Of a stretch of 24,000 bases of DNA, positions 14,592-23,910 are shown piece by piece. Location: assembly GCA_015665455.1 (NCBI GenBank), contig JADFAD010000013.1:70918-94917 (forward strand), read 5' to 3'. This DNA is from Oceanospirillaceae bacterium (GTDB taxonomy: Bacteria; Pseudomonadota; Gammaproteobacteria; Pseudomonadales; Litoribrevibacteraceae). The notes under the pieces are model-generated. The model searched no databases, was not told the origin of the DNA, and saw nothing but the letters and a program-made list of their open reading frames with translations. The position numbers and the translations under genes were made by a program. How positions within the stretch are numbered: the stretch's first letter is position 1; each line of letters opens with the position of its first letter.

Positions 14592-16397
14592 ATGTTAGTG
14601 AATCATAAAGATCTTAACTTCTTGCTCTACGACGTATTCAACGCAAGCGAACTGACCGAACTGCCCCACTATCAAGATCACGATCAAACCACCTTTGATG
14701 AGGTGATCAAAACCGCCAATCGCATCGCAGAAGAGTACTTCGCCCCTCATAACAGCAAAGCGGATGAGCACGAACCGCAATTCGACGGTCTCTCCGTATC
14801 GACCATTCCAGAAGTTAAAGAAGCCTACAAACACTACGCCAATGCTGGGTTATTAAACGCACGCCAACGTTATGATGAAGGCGGTATGCAACTGCCAGCA
14901 TTAGTGCATGCGGCTTACAGTGGCTTATTTGCTTCAGCCAACCCAAGCACAGCGGGCTATACGTTTTTAACCAGTGCCGCAGCCAATGTGATTCATGCCT
15001 TTGGCACCGAAGAACAGAAATCTCAGTTCTTACCCGGCATGTGGGATGGCCGCTTTGCAGGCACCATGGCCTTAACCGAACCCGATGTGGGCTCCAGCCT
15101 TGGTGATTTAGCCACCAAAGCCACAAAACAAAGCGATGGCACCTATAAACTCAAAGGCCAGAAGATGTTTATCTCTGGCGGGGATCAAGACATCACCGAG
15201 AACATCGTTCACCTCGTATTGGCTCGTGCCGAAGGTGCGCCCCAAGGCGTCAAAGGCATCAGTTTGTTCATTACACCAAAGTACTTGATGGACGAAAACG
15301 GCGAACTGGGCGAAAGAAACGACGTTCAACTCGCGGGCTTATTACACAAGATGGGGTACCGTGGCACCACATCCACAGTACTGAATTTTGGTGAGCAAGA
15401 TAATTGCACAGGCTACTTGATAGGCGAAGAAGGCAAAGGGCTTTCTTACATGTTCAAGATGATGAACGAAGCACGAATTGGCGTGGGCCTCGGCGCAGCC
15501 ATGATTGGCTATCGCGGCTACTTGGAATCATTGGAGTACGCCAAAAACCGGCCGCAAGGTCGTCATCCATCCAGCAAAGCGAATGACAGCAAGCCCATCA
15601 ACATCATTGAGCACGCCGATGTAAAGCGCATGTTATTGGCACAGAAGTCGTATGTGGAAGGTTCATTGGCCCTATGCTTATTTGCCTCCCGTTTGGTGGA
15701 TGAACAGGAAGCCGCCAACAATGAAGACAGCGCCACGTTGCTTGATTTACTGACCCCCATTGTTAAGAGCTTCCCTTCGTATTATGGCTTGAAAGCCAAT
15801 GATTTGGCGATTCAGGTGTTGGGCGGTTCAGGCTACATTCGTGAATACCCCGTGGAGCAGTGTTACCGAGATAATCGCTTAAATCCAATTCACGAAGGCA
15901 CCCACGGTATTCAATCCCTGGATTTATTAGGCCGTAAGCTTTGGATGAAAGGCGGCAAAGGCCTTCAATTGCTATTAACTCGAGTGAACAAAACGTTGAA
16001 GCGCTGCCAAACCCATGAAGTCCTAAAACCTTTGGTAGAGAGTTACAGCAAAAAATTAACCCTCTTCTCTCAAACCACCATGCAATTAGGCCAAAATTTA
16101 CAGACGGGCAAAGTGAACGAAACTTTGGCCAACAGTGCCTTGTACCTCGATATGATGGGCAAAATGGTGGTTGCTTGGTTATGGTTAGAAATGGCCGAAA
16201 AAGCATTAAGCCTAGCGGGTGAAGGTTCAAAGAAAGAACGGGCCGAAGGCTCGAATGAAGACAAACACTTCTTGGCAGGCAAGCTGCAAGCGTGTAAGTA
16301 TTTCATTGAATGGGAACTGGGCGAAGTTCATTCTCAATCTAAACTGTTAACAGAACTCAACAGCACCTGTGCAGACATGGAAGAAGCGTGGTTCTAA
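14592..16397 (+). CDS. Large (601 aa) acyl-CoA dehydrogenase with extended N- and C-terminal domains
   Basis: ACAD core motifs are present: GTMALTEPDVGSSLGD, KMFISGGD, RIGVGLGAAMIGYRG, QVLGGSGYIREYPVEQCYRDNRLNPIHEGTHGIQ. The N-terminal RDLNFLLYDV-type segment is typical of this long ACAD subfamily. Confidence 0.9.
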   Translation: MLVNHKDLNFLLYDVFNASELTELPHYQDHDQTTFDEVIKTANRIAEEYFAPHNSKADEHEPQFDGLSVSTIPEVKEAYKHYANAGLLNARQRYDEGGMQLPALVHAAYSGLFASANPSTAGYTFLTSAAANVIHAFGTEEQKSQFLPGMWDGRFAGTMALTEPDVGSSLGDLATKATKQSDGTYKLKGQKMFISGGDQDITENIVHLVLARAEGAPQGVKGISLFITPKYLMDENGELGERNDVQLAGLLHKMGYRGTTSTVLNFGEQDNCTGYLIGEEGKGLSYMFKMMNEARIGVGLGAAMIGYRGYLESLEYAKNRPQGRHPSSKANDSKPINIIEHADVKRMLLAQKSYVEGSLALCLFASRLVDEQEAANNEDSATLLDLLTPIVKSFPSYYGLKANDLAIQVLGGSGYIREYPVEQCYRDNRLNPIHEGTHGIQSLDLLGRKLWMKGGKGLQLLLTRVNKTLKRCQTHEVLKPLVESYSKKLTLFSQTTMQLGQNLQTGKVNETLANSALYLDMMGKMVVAWLWLEMAEKALSLAGEGSKKERAEGSNEDKHFLAGKLQACKYFIEWELGEVHSQSKLLTELNSTCADMEEAWF

Positions 16398-16451
16398 CCG
16401 CTTTGATTTACAACGTCATCGACCCTTTAAACACATCACGGAAGCATTGTT

Positions 16452-17276
16452 ATGAGCAACGAACACGATCATGAAAACGAGCAAGCACAATCAACGGAAC
16501 CCAAAGTAAAGGTAGAGGTAAAGGGCCACGTATTGATCATCACGTTTAATCGCCCTCATAAGTACAACGCCTTAGACCCAGAGAGCTTCAAGCTCTTGGC
16601 CAAAGCTTTTTACCGCTTGGAGCACGAGCACAATCTGAGAGTGGGCATTCTACAAGCCGCTGGCGAAAACTTCTCCAGCGGTTTGGAGTTGGATAAATGG
16701 GCGCCTATTTTTGCTAAAGGCATTGATCTGGAGTTTGAAGACGACGAGCTAGATCCATACAGCGTTGAAGGCGCGGGTTTCACCAAACCCCTTATCTGTG
16801 CCACCCAAGGTTTGTGTTACACCTCCGGTTTAGAACTGCTGTTGAACACAGACATTCGTATCGCCACTGCCGATACTAAGTTTGCCCAATTGGAAGTAAA
16901 GCGTGGCATCTATGCTTGCCGTGGCGGCACCATTCGATTGGCGAAAGAAATCGGTTGGTCCAACGCGCAACGTTATTTGCTAACGGGTGACGAGTTCACT
17001 GCCGAGCAAGCGTTGAACTGGGGCATGATTCAGGAAATCGTCGAACTGAAAGATCTGCACCAACGCGCACTGGAACTCGCAGAAAAGATTGCCAAAGCAG
17101 CGCCATTAGGCGTGCAGGCCTCCTTGCGTTCATCCAAGTTGGCTCGTAAGCACTCCCAAGAATTGGCCTTTGCCCATGTGTCGGACGACATGGCAGAACT
17201 GATGACAAGTAAAGATGCAAAAGAAGGCGTTATGTCGTTTCTTGAGCGGCGGGAGGCCAAGTTTATTGGCGAATAA
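16452..17276 (+). CDS. Enoyl-CoA hydratase/isomerase (crotonase) family protein
   Basis: LIITFNRPHKYNALD, AAGENFSSGLEL, ATQGLCYTSGLELLLNTDIRIA and KEGVMSFLERR are present. Confidence 0.9.
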   Translation: MSNEHDHENEQAQSTEPKVKVEVKGHVLIITFNRPHKYNALDPESFKLLAKAFYRLEHEHNLRVGILQAAGENFSSGLELDKWAPIFAKGIDLEFEDDELDPYSVEGAGFTKPLICATQGLCYTSGLELLLNTDIRIATADTKFAQLEVKRGIYACRGGTIRLAKEIGWSNAQRYLLTGDEFTAEQALNWGMIQEIVELKDLHQRALELAEKIAKAAPLGVQASLRSSKLARKHSQELAFAHVSDDMAELMTSKDAKEGVMSFLERREAKFIGE

Positions 17277-17461
17277 TGCATGAAAGCTACAACAACTTAT
17301 AACTGCGTTATAAATCGCCTCAAAGTGCTCATTTACGAACAGTAAACTCCGCTTTTTCGTTGATTTTTGCCTTGTTCTAAGTCGTTTCGCAATCCATGCC
17401 TAAAAGCTAACGGCATTAAAGCTGACCATTAAAAGAATTAAGTACTTTAGGAACAATTAAT

Positions 17462-18199
17462 ATGAAAAAAGTCATCATCACCGGCGCTTCTTCCGGCATT
17501 GGGGAAGCCATTGCTGAAGAGTACGCCAAAAAAGGTTATTCACTGGGTCTGATTGCCCGTCGTCTCGATCGTCTAAAAGTCATTAAACGACGTTTGAATG
17601 ATCTCGGTGTCACCGTCGCCATTCGTTCGTTGGATGTGGCCAACGATCAAGAGATTTTACCTACGATGGAGTCCATCGCCGAAGAGCTGGGCGGTGCAGA
17701 CATCATCATCGCTAATGCCGGTATCACGGCCATCAACCGCACAGGCAAAGATAATTTTGAGGTAAATCGTAATGTCATTCAAATTAATATGATCTCTGCC
17801 ATGGCCACCGTCGATGCCGCCGCAAGGATCTTCCGTGCCAATAAAACCCAAGGGCAAATTGTAGGGGTATCGTCCGTTTCCGCCTACCGAGGGATTCCAG
17901 GCAGCGCGGCCTATTCAGGTTCGAAAGCAGGCTTCTCAAACTATCTCGACGCAGTACGCATGGAGCTGAGCAACAAAGGCATCAGCGTCACCGCCGTACA
18001 CCCGGGTTTCGTGAAAACCGAATTGTCGGATAACATGGAGAAATACCCATTTGTGATCACCGCAGATAAAGCAGCAAAGGCCATCATTGCGGGCATCACG
18101 AAGAAAGAAGCCAACATCATCGTCCCTAAAATGCCGTGGTCAGCGTTGAGCAAACTCATGCAAGTGATGCCGGATAAGCTCGTGGCGAAAATGTTTTAG
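17462..18199 (+). CDS. Short-chain dehydrogenase/reductase (SDR) family oxidoreductase
   Basis: TGASSGIGEAIA (cofactor-binding motif), NAGI and the YSGSKAG catalytic motif are present. Confidence 0.9.
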   Translation: MKKVIITGASSGIGEAIAEEYAKKGYSLGLIARRLDRLKVIKRRLNDLGVTVAIRSLDVANDQEILPTMESIAEELGGADIIIANAGITAINRTGKDNFEVNRNVIQINMISAMATVDAAARIFRANKTQGQIVGVSSVSAYRGIPGSAAYSGSKAGFSNYLDAVRMELSNKGISVTAVHPGFVKTELSDNMEKYPFVITADKAAKAIIAGITKKEANIIVPKMPWSALSKLMQVMPDKLVAKMF

Positions 18200-18286
18200 C
18201 GATGATCGCTTAGGTTCATTAGCCCTTTCAAATCAAACAACCACATGCGTAAAGCTCGTAATCCAAAGACTATGACGGCCTTTGAA

Positions 18287-18697
18287 TTACGAGCTGGATG
18301 TAGGAGTCTGATTCATCTCATTAGTTCGAACGCACTTCCCTTCCGACCAAGTATCCAACAAATGCTGCTTAAACTGGACGATTTCTTCCCTCTGCTGCAT
18401 TAACCCTTTCATCATAGTTTCAACTTCGTCTAAACGAGTATCCAGCTGCTGAATCAATTTATCGTGATCAAGCCCTTCCGAAGGGTTACTCTCGGCCAGT
18501 ACGGTCAGCATGTCTTCAAGGGTAAAGCCGAGTCGTTTGGCACACGTTATCCGCCCCAGTCGTTCTAGACTTTCTTCGTTATAAACTCGATAACCGTTCA
18601 TGCCACGGGTGACTTTTGGCATGAGCCCTTTGCTTTCATAAAAACGAATGGTATGTGCCGGAACACCACTGGCTTTTGCTAATTCACCGATTTTCAT
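18287..18697 (-). CDS. MerR-family transcriptional regulator
   Basis: The N-terminal wHTH reads MKIGELAKASGVPAHTIRFYESKGLM. It is divergent from the OYE gene, with a MerR-type operator in the shared intergenic region. Confidence 0.9.
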   Translation of the reverse strand: MKIGELAKASGVPAHTIRFYESKGLMPKVTRGMNGYRVYNEESLERLGRITCAKRLGFTLEDMLTVLAESNPSEGLDHDKLIQQLDTRLDEVETMMKGLMQQREEIVQFKQHLLDTWSEGKCVRTNEMNQTPTSSS

Positions 18698-18724
18698 TGC
18701 GACCTCAAAATACGATTTAGCCTA

Positions 18725-18755
18725 TTGACCTTAAAGTTAACTTTAAGCTTATACT
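18725..18755 (+). promoter_or_regulatory. MerR-type promoter/operator for the OYE gene
   Basis: TTGACC (18725-18730), a 19-nt spacer, then TATACT (18750-18755). The spacer carries a perfect 18-bp palindrome, CTTAAAGTTAACTTTAAG (18730-18747). Confidence 0.65.
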
Positions 18756-18806
18756 CGATGAAAATCCATTTTTAATGGCCCTGTTTTAGGGGGCTTTTTA
18801 TAGGAA

Positions 18807-20060
18807 ATGATCATGAGTGCATCAGCAACCAACCCGCCCGTATTTAATTCTTTGACTCTGCCAAACGGCGCAACCCTACCTAACCGCTTGGCTAAAGCCG
18901 CAATGGAAGAAAACATGGCGGTTGCAGGTCACTTACCGGGTGAAGGCATATTTAATCTCTATAAGACGTGGTCATCCGGCGGGACGGGGTTACTCATCAC
19001 AGGCAACGTCATGGTGGATCACCGGGCGATGACGGGGCCGGGCGGCATTGCACTGGAAGCCAACACCGCCATAGCGCCTTTCAAAGAATGGGCAAAAGCA
19101 GGCACTCAAAATGGCACTCAAATGTGGATGCAGATCAACCACCCCGGTCGCCAAGTCTATGCCGCCATGGGCGGGCAAGTACTCTCCCCTTCGGACATCG
19201 CTTTAGACATGGGCAAACACAGCAAACTGTTTGGTAAACCCACCCCCATGACTGAAATGGAAATTCACGAGTTGATTGAGCGCTTTGCCATTACTGCGTC
19301 ACGTGCCATTGAAGCGGGTTTCAACGGTGTTCAAATACACGCAGCCCACGGGTATTTGATTTCACAGTTCTTATCTCCACTGACCAATCAAAGAAAAGAC
19401 GATTGGGGCGGCTCTTTGGAAAACAGAGCCCGTCTGTTGTATCAAATCATCAAAACCGTAAAAGAACGTTTACCTAAAGAAGCCGTAGTATCCGTTAAAC
19501 TGAACTCCGCTGATTTCCAACGCGGTGGCTTTGATGCCCAAGATGCCATTGAAGTGGTACAAACATTAGGCCGTTTGAACGTTGATCTCGTTGAATTATC
19601 GGGAGGCAGTTATGAGAGCCCTGCCATGCAAGGCAGCACCGCCGACGGTCGAACATTAGAACGCGAAGCGTATTTCTTAGCCTTTGCGGAAGAAATCGCA
19701 AAAGAAGCCACCATGCCAATCATGACCACAGGCGGCATTGTTCGTTTGCCCGTAGCGCAAAAGGTATTAGATGCAGGCATTGATATGGTGGGGTTAGGTC
19801 GTGCGTTGGCGTTTAGCCCTTCGCTGCCCAATCAATGGAAGATCTCACCTGAAGACAAAGCCACACTGCCCGACGTAAAGTGGAAAGACAAAACCCTCTC
19901 TGCGATTGCAACGATGGCCATAACTAAACGTCAGTTACAACGCATGGGAAAAGGTAAATCCCCCAAGTTAAATTCGTCCCCTGCCTTTTCATTGATCGCC
20001 GATCAAATACGTTTGAAAAAGCTAATAAAAGCGTATCGAAATCGTTATCCAGCGGTTTAA
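18807..20060 (+). CDS. NADH:flavin oxidoreductase, Old Yellow Enzyme family (2,4-dienoyl-CoA reductase-like N-terminal domain type)
   Basis: LPNRLAKAAMEE, LLITGNVMVD, HAAHGYLISQFLSPLTNQRKDDWGGSLENRARL and MTTGGI are present. An alternative ATG at 18813 is better spaced from the AGGA. Confidence 0.9.
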   Translation: MIMSASATNPPVFNSLTLPNGATLPNRLAKAAMEENMAVAGHLPGEGIFNLYKTWSSGGTGLLITGNVMVDHRAMTGPGGIALEANTAIAPFKEWAKAGTQNGTQMWMQINHPGRQVYAAMGGQVLSPSDIALDMGKHSKLFGKPTPMTEMEIHELIERFAITASRAIEAGFNGVQIHAAHGYLISQFLSPLTNQRKDDWGGSLENRARLLYQIIKTVKERLPKEAVVSVKLNSADFQRGGFDAQDAIEVVQTLGRLNVDLVELSGGSYESPAMQGSTADGRTLEREAYFLAFAEEIAKEATMPIMTTGGIVRLPVAQKVLDAGIDMVGLGRALAFSPSLPNQWKISPEDKATLPDVKWKDKTLSAIATMAITKRQLQRMGKGKSPKLNSSPAFSLIADQIRLKKLIKAYRNRYPAV

Positions 20061-20485
20061 TTTATGGTCGGTATAAAAAGCCAAAAAGTGTCTGATTAAA
20101 ACAATTACTATGTACTTTTTATCATATTACTATTGATTTCTGGAATGTCTCGATGCACATTAATACTTAATGACTATCTTGAATGTTAACTGGATAACAC
20201 GGATGTTAAAGCCTTTTCAATTATTCGCCCAAATTGGGCCGAAACTTCGCATCTTTAAGCCCAACAAGCTTAAAAGTTATCTATGCTATTCAAGTTCACT
20301 TTAATATTTCAATGCGCTCTTTAATCACCCGTCGTTGCACGGGTGAACAATGAAACATTCAGGTAGTAAACGTTTGCTACGTTTGATCCACAGCTCAGCA
20401 ACAATGCTCAGAACAATAATATCAGTACAGTTTTTACCAAAAGTTTTTATACCGGAACAATAATAAAGGTACGACGGACCATACT

Positions 20486-22531
20486 ATGAAAAAAGTAATC
20501 AATATTAGTTTAGGCTCTTCAGAACACGATTATCAGTTTAAGACCCATTTTCTGGATGAAGATTTCACCATTGAACGAATTGGTACAGACGGCAACGAAA
20601 CCGAAGCATGGGAGCAACTTCAGCGTCTGCAAAGCAAGTGCGATGTTATCGGTGTTGGAATGGTACCGGATGACTACAACGTCGGTGCTTATAAATTTGA
20701 AAATTCCGGTACTAAAAAATTAACTCGTGTTGTTACTCGCGTCCCTGTCACTACAGGCTCTAAACTGCGTCGTATCCTTCAATGTGCGGCCGTCCGCCAC
20801 GCTCAAAAAGAGTTAGGTAACTACTTCAATAACAACAAGGTGCTGTTCTTATCCGGCATGGCCAACTATGAAATGGCAACCTTGATGGCAGAATACACGC
20901 CAAACTTAATGTTCGCTGACCCGATCATTCAAGCCGGTTTGCCTAAAATGTTGAAATCCGTTTCAGCATTGGAGCTGTATGCTCGTGGTCGATACAACAT
21001 CAATAAACTGTCGCCATTCGATACAGAACAAAGCAACGTACCTTCGCTTCCACAGGTAAAAAGCTTACTGATTAAGAAAGCGATGAAGGACTCCCACGTT
21101 GTTGTGGGTACCTGTTCTGAAATCAGAAAGTACGCGGGTAAAGACAGTCTGGTTGATAAAACCTTGATTGCCTCTTCCGTGACCGATGCAGATCTTGCGT
21201 ACTTCAAAGAAGCCAAAGTAAATCTTGTTATCGATGTGACGCCAGACATGTTCGAGCAAGTCGTGGGCATCAATGTGATTGAAGCCATGATCATCAGCGC
21301 CATGGACATGGAAGCCGATGAACTTTCAACGGCCGACATCGAAGACATCATTAATGAATTGAAAATTAAACCGCGTTTGCTTCACCCAACGGGTGAGTTC
21401 AGAAACATTCGCCGTTTTGCGTTTGTAATCCACCCGCTTTCTCAAGAATACATTCGTAATGTGACGCCCATTCCAAAGCGTTTTGCACACACACCACTTA
21501 TGAACGCCGTTGAAAAAGCCATGGCTCACGTGCCACCGCTGGTGTATTCAGAAGTTAAAGGCATTAAATCGCCGTGTGGCGCTGAAGCAGAAGGTTGGTT
21601 AATCACTGTGGGCGGCACACCAAAAGAAATGCTGTCACACAGCCCTGAGTTTACCTATAAGCGTTTGTTAGCCGCCGCTAAAATGGCTGAAAAGCTGGGC
21701 GCTCAAATCTTAGGATTAGGTGCCTTCACCAAGGTGGTGGGTGATGCAGGTATCACCGTTGCCCGTCGTGCTGAAATCCCAATTACTACGGGTAACAGCT
21801 ACAGTGCTTCCGGTGCTCTTTGGGCCGCTGCCGATGCAATGAAACGCCTTAAGCTGGTTGAAACCGAAGAAGGCAAGCGCATTCCTGCTAAGTCTATGGT
21901 TATCGGCGCGACCGGTTCTATTGGTTCTGTATCGGCTCGTCTACTGGCCATGGCATTTGATGAAGTTTACTTAGCGGGTCGTAACGAAAAGACCTTAGAG
22001 AAGCTTAAGAAATCCATCCTTAAAGACACGCCTGATGCCAATGTATCCATCACAACCGACCCTGACGCGCACCTTGGCGACATGGACGTAGTCGTGACTT
22101 CAACTTCGGGTGCAGGTAAGAAGATTCTAGACATCACGAAAGTGAAACCTGGCTGTGTGATTACCGATGTTGCTCGACCACTGGATCTACCGGCGGAAGA
22201 AGTGGCTAAGCGCCCAGACGTATTGGTGATTGAGTCCGGAGAAATCGAAGTACCAGGCAAGTTGGACATGAAGAGTATTCAGCTGCCTGATAACGTCGTT
22301 TTTGCGTGTATGGCTGAAACCATCGTGCTAGCACTTGAAGGTCGCTTTGAAGTATTCACCATTGGTCGAAACACCGAATGGGAAAAAGTGAAAGAGATCT
22401 ATAAGCTGGGTATTAAACACGGCATGAAGTTGGCAGCCATTTCTGGGGTCAACGGTGCTTACACAGACGAAGACATTCAGAAAGTAAGAGAGCTTGCATT
22501 AGAAGCACGCAAGACCTGGAAACCTTCTTAA
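20486..22531 (+). CDS. Two-domain putative reductase: uncharacterised N-terminal ~310 aa fused to an acyl-ACP-reductase (AAR)-like NAD(P)-binding C-terminal half
   Basis: From about aa 309 (nt 21410) it parallels cyanobacterial AAR: FAFVIHPLS vs FGLIGHLTS, LGLGAFTKVVGD, TTGNSYSA, VIGATGSIGSVSARLL vs VVGATGDIGSAV, FACMAETIVLALEG vs FACFAEAMLLEFEG. The Cys codon is at 22307-22309. Confidence 0.7.
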   Translation: MKKVINISLGSSEHDYQFKTHFLDEDFTIERIGTDGNETEAWEQLQRLQSKCDVIGVGMVPDDYNVGAYKFENSGTKKLTRVVTRVPVTTGSKLRRILQCAAVRHAQKELGNYFNNNKVLFLSGMANYEMATLMAEYTPNLMFADPIIQAGLPKMLKSVSALELYARGRYNINKLSPFDTEQSNVPSLPQVKSLLIKKAMKDSHVVVGTCSEIRKYAGKDSLVDKTLIASSVTDADLAYFKEAKVNLVIDVTPDMFEQVVGINVIEAMIISAMDMEADELSTADIEDIINELKIKPRLLHPTGEFRNIRRFAFVIHPLSQEYIRNVTPIPKRFAHTPLMNAVEKAMAHVPPLVYSEVKGIKSPCGAEAEGWLITVGGTPKEMLSHSPEFTYKRLLAAAKMAEKLGAQILGLGAFTKVVGDAGITVARRAEIPITTGNSYSASGALWAAADAMKRLKLVETEEGKRIPAKSMVIGATGSIGSVSARLLAMAFDEVYLAGRNEKTLEKLKKSILKDTPDANVSITTDPDAHLGDMDVVVTSTSGAGKKILDITKVKPGCVITDVARPLDLPAEEVAKRPDVLVIESGEIEVPGKLDMKSIQLPDNVVFACMAETIVLALEGRFEVFTIGRNTEWEKVKEIYKLGIKHGMKLAAISGVNGAYTDEDIQKVRELALEARKTWKPS

Positions 22532-22555
22532 AGCCTGAATAAGCTAAGATAAATA

Positions 22556-22592
22556 AAAAGCCTTGCCCCATGTAATGGCGCAAGGCTTTTTT
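22556..22592. terminator. Bidirectional rho-independent terminator between convergent genes
   Basis: AAAAAGCCTTGCCCCA-tgtaa-TGGCGCAAGGCTTTTTT: an 11-bp stem with one mismatch, flanked by an A-run and a T-run. Confidence 0.75.
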
Positions 22593-22662
22593 ATGCGAAC
22601 GACAGAATAAATGGCAGTATAAAAATACAGATGAGTTAAACCCTAAACGCCTCATGCCCCTA

Positions 22663-23910
22663 TCAAGGCTGCGCCATGTCCTTCAAGACAAGCACAACAC
22701 CTCTGATTCGTTCTTTGGAATCTTTAATGGCATAAATCGAAGGGGTTACGAGCGACTCCTGCCCTACTCTTGAAATTAAGACGCGAGTTCCGGCGAAGTT
22801 CAATGAATGACCTTTCTCAAGTACTTCATCAACCCGCTCCAAAAGTGATGAAGAAGTACTGGTCTCCACCATATTCAAAATGGAATCCAAAGATTGGCCC
22901 TGCACGGCGGAGGTTTGATAGCCCGTCATATTTTCCGCAACCCGATTCATTCGTTCAATAACACCTTGTTCATCAAGGGTTATCACGCCATCATCAATGG
23001 AATCCAAGGTTTCTGATAAACGTTTGGTCGCTCGCTTAACCTGTTCTTTTACCACGTTGGGTTTGTTCAGGATGAGATAGCTCAACACCCCAATCAATAA
23101 GGTAATAACCACGCTAACTAACCAATAATACGCTGAGAGCATTCCGCTTTCTGGCTGATAGCCTTCTTTAAACTGAGCAACAATGTGCCAGCTGCCGGTG
23201 GGGAGCCTAACCGTTGCAGAGACCAAAGGATTCTCAAAGACATGCGCGCCGTAAAAGATCTCACCTTTTTCTCCCGTTGCGTTTTTACCGCGCAAACCTA
23301 TCTCCAGTTGCTCTTCCAGTGCGTTAAACCCTGATTCGGCTAACAAGTCAGAAAGCTCAATCAATACGGTAGAAAAGCCCCAAAACCTCTCATCACCCGT
23401 AATCGCGTTCACCGCAAAAATGGGTTCTCTGGCAACAATGGCCCAGCCGCCTTGAACCAAATCAATCGGGCCTTCAATAATATTCGAGCGTTGATCAATC
23501 GCCGCCTCAATCAAACGATGGGATCGGCTGTGAAAAAGGTTAAACCCCATCGCACGCTTGTTTTCTTCAAAATTTGTTAAAAACATAACCACGCCATCTG
23601 GCGCTAACTGCAAGCTGCGAATGCCCGTAATGTCTTTTTTTAAATACGATGCAAATCGATCAAATTCAATCGATGAAAATTCGGGTTGGCTGTGAACAAA
23701 GGCGGTTAAACTTTGAGTAAGAGCAAGACGCTCACTCATTGATTGAGTTAATGAAGAAGCGGCCTGATCGAGTTGGTGCTTGGAAGCTAAGATGTCTTGC
23801 TGAATAACGTGGGAACGAAAAACACTTTGCAAAAATGCCATGAGCGCAAAGCAAATGCCCGCAATGAAGAATGCCCCGAATAAGGATCGTCGATTAAATC
23901 TCATGAGCAC
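22663..23910 (-). CDS. Membrane sensor protein: TM, CHASE-like periplasmic domain, TM, PAS domain; no output domain
   Basis: The N-terminal TM segment is LFGAFFIAGICFALMAF. The CHASE-like region reads LQLAPDGVVMFL ... IEGPIDLVQGGWAIVAREPIF ... FWGFSTVLI. The second TM segment is YYWLVSVVITLLIGVLSYLIL. The PAS region reads LSETLDSIDDGVITLDEQGVIERMNRVAENMTGY ... GVVLVLKDM. The ORF ends 4 residues after the PAS domain. Confidence 0.8.
   Translation of the reverse strand: MLMRFNRRSLFGAFFIAGICFALMAFLQSVFRSHVIQQDILASKHQLDQAASSLTQSMSERLALTQSLTAFVHSQPEFSSIEFDRFASYLKKDITGIRSLQLAPDGVVMFLTNFEENKRAMGFNLFHSRSHRLIEAAIDQRSNIIEGPIDLVQGGWAIVAREPIFAVNAITGDERFWGFSTVLIELSDLLAESGFNALEEQLEIGLRGKNATGEKGEIFYGAHVFENPLVSATVRLPTGSWHIVAQFKEGYQPESGMLSAYYWLVSVVITLLIGVLSYLILNKPNVVKEQVKRATKRLSETLDSIDDGVITLDEQGVIERMNRVAENMTGYQTSAVQGQSLDSILNMVETSTSSSLLERVDEVLEKGHSLNFAGTRVLISRVGQESLVTPSIYAIKDSKERIRGVVLVLKDMAQP

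Noticed and set aside
14595-16306. Six minus-strand ORFs and one alternative-frame ORF (60-155 aa) inside the acyl-CoA dehydrogenase gene
   Set aside because: They lie antisense or out of frame within a gene with strong ACAD motifs. Their products are low-complexity and Arg/Cys/Trp-rich, typical of spurious ORFs in GC-richer coding DNA.
20350-20463. 37-codon ORF (MKHSGSKRLLRLIHSS...) in the long leader of the AAR-like gene, considered as a possible leader peptide
   Set aside because: It has no convincing RBS, no regulatory codon run and no attenuator-like alternative hairpins.
16610-22269. Antisense and alternative-frame ORFs inside the hydratase, SDR, OYE and AAR-like genes (for example 16610-16804, 17030-17281, 17657-17857, 18968-19237, 19495-19831, 20929-21351, 21967-22269)
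   Set aside because: All are nested in well-supported genes on the other strand or frame, and none has a recognisable motif or RBS.
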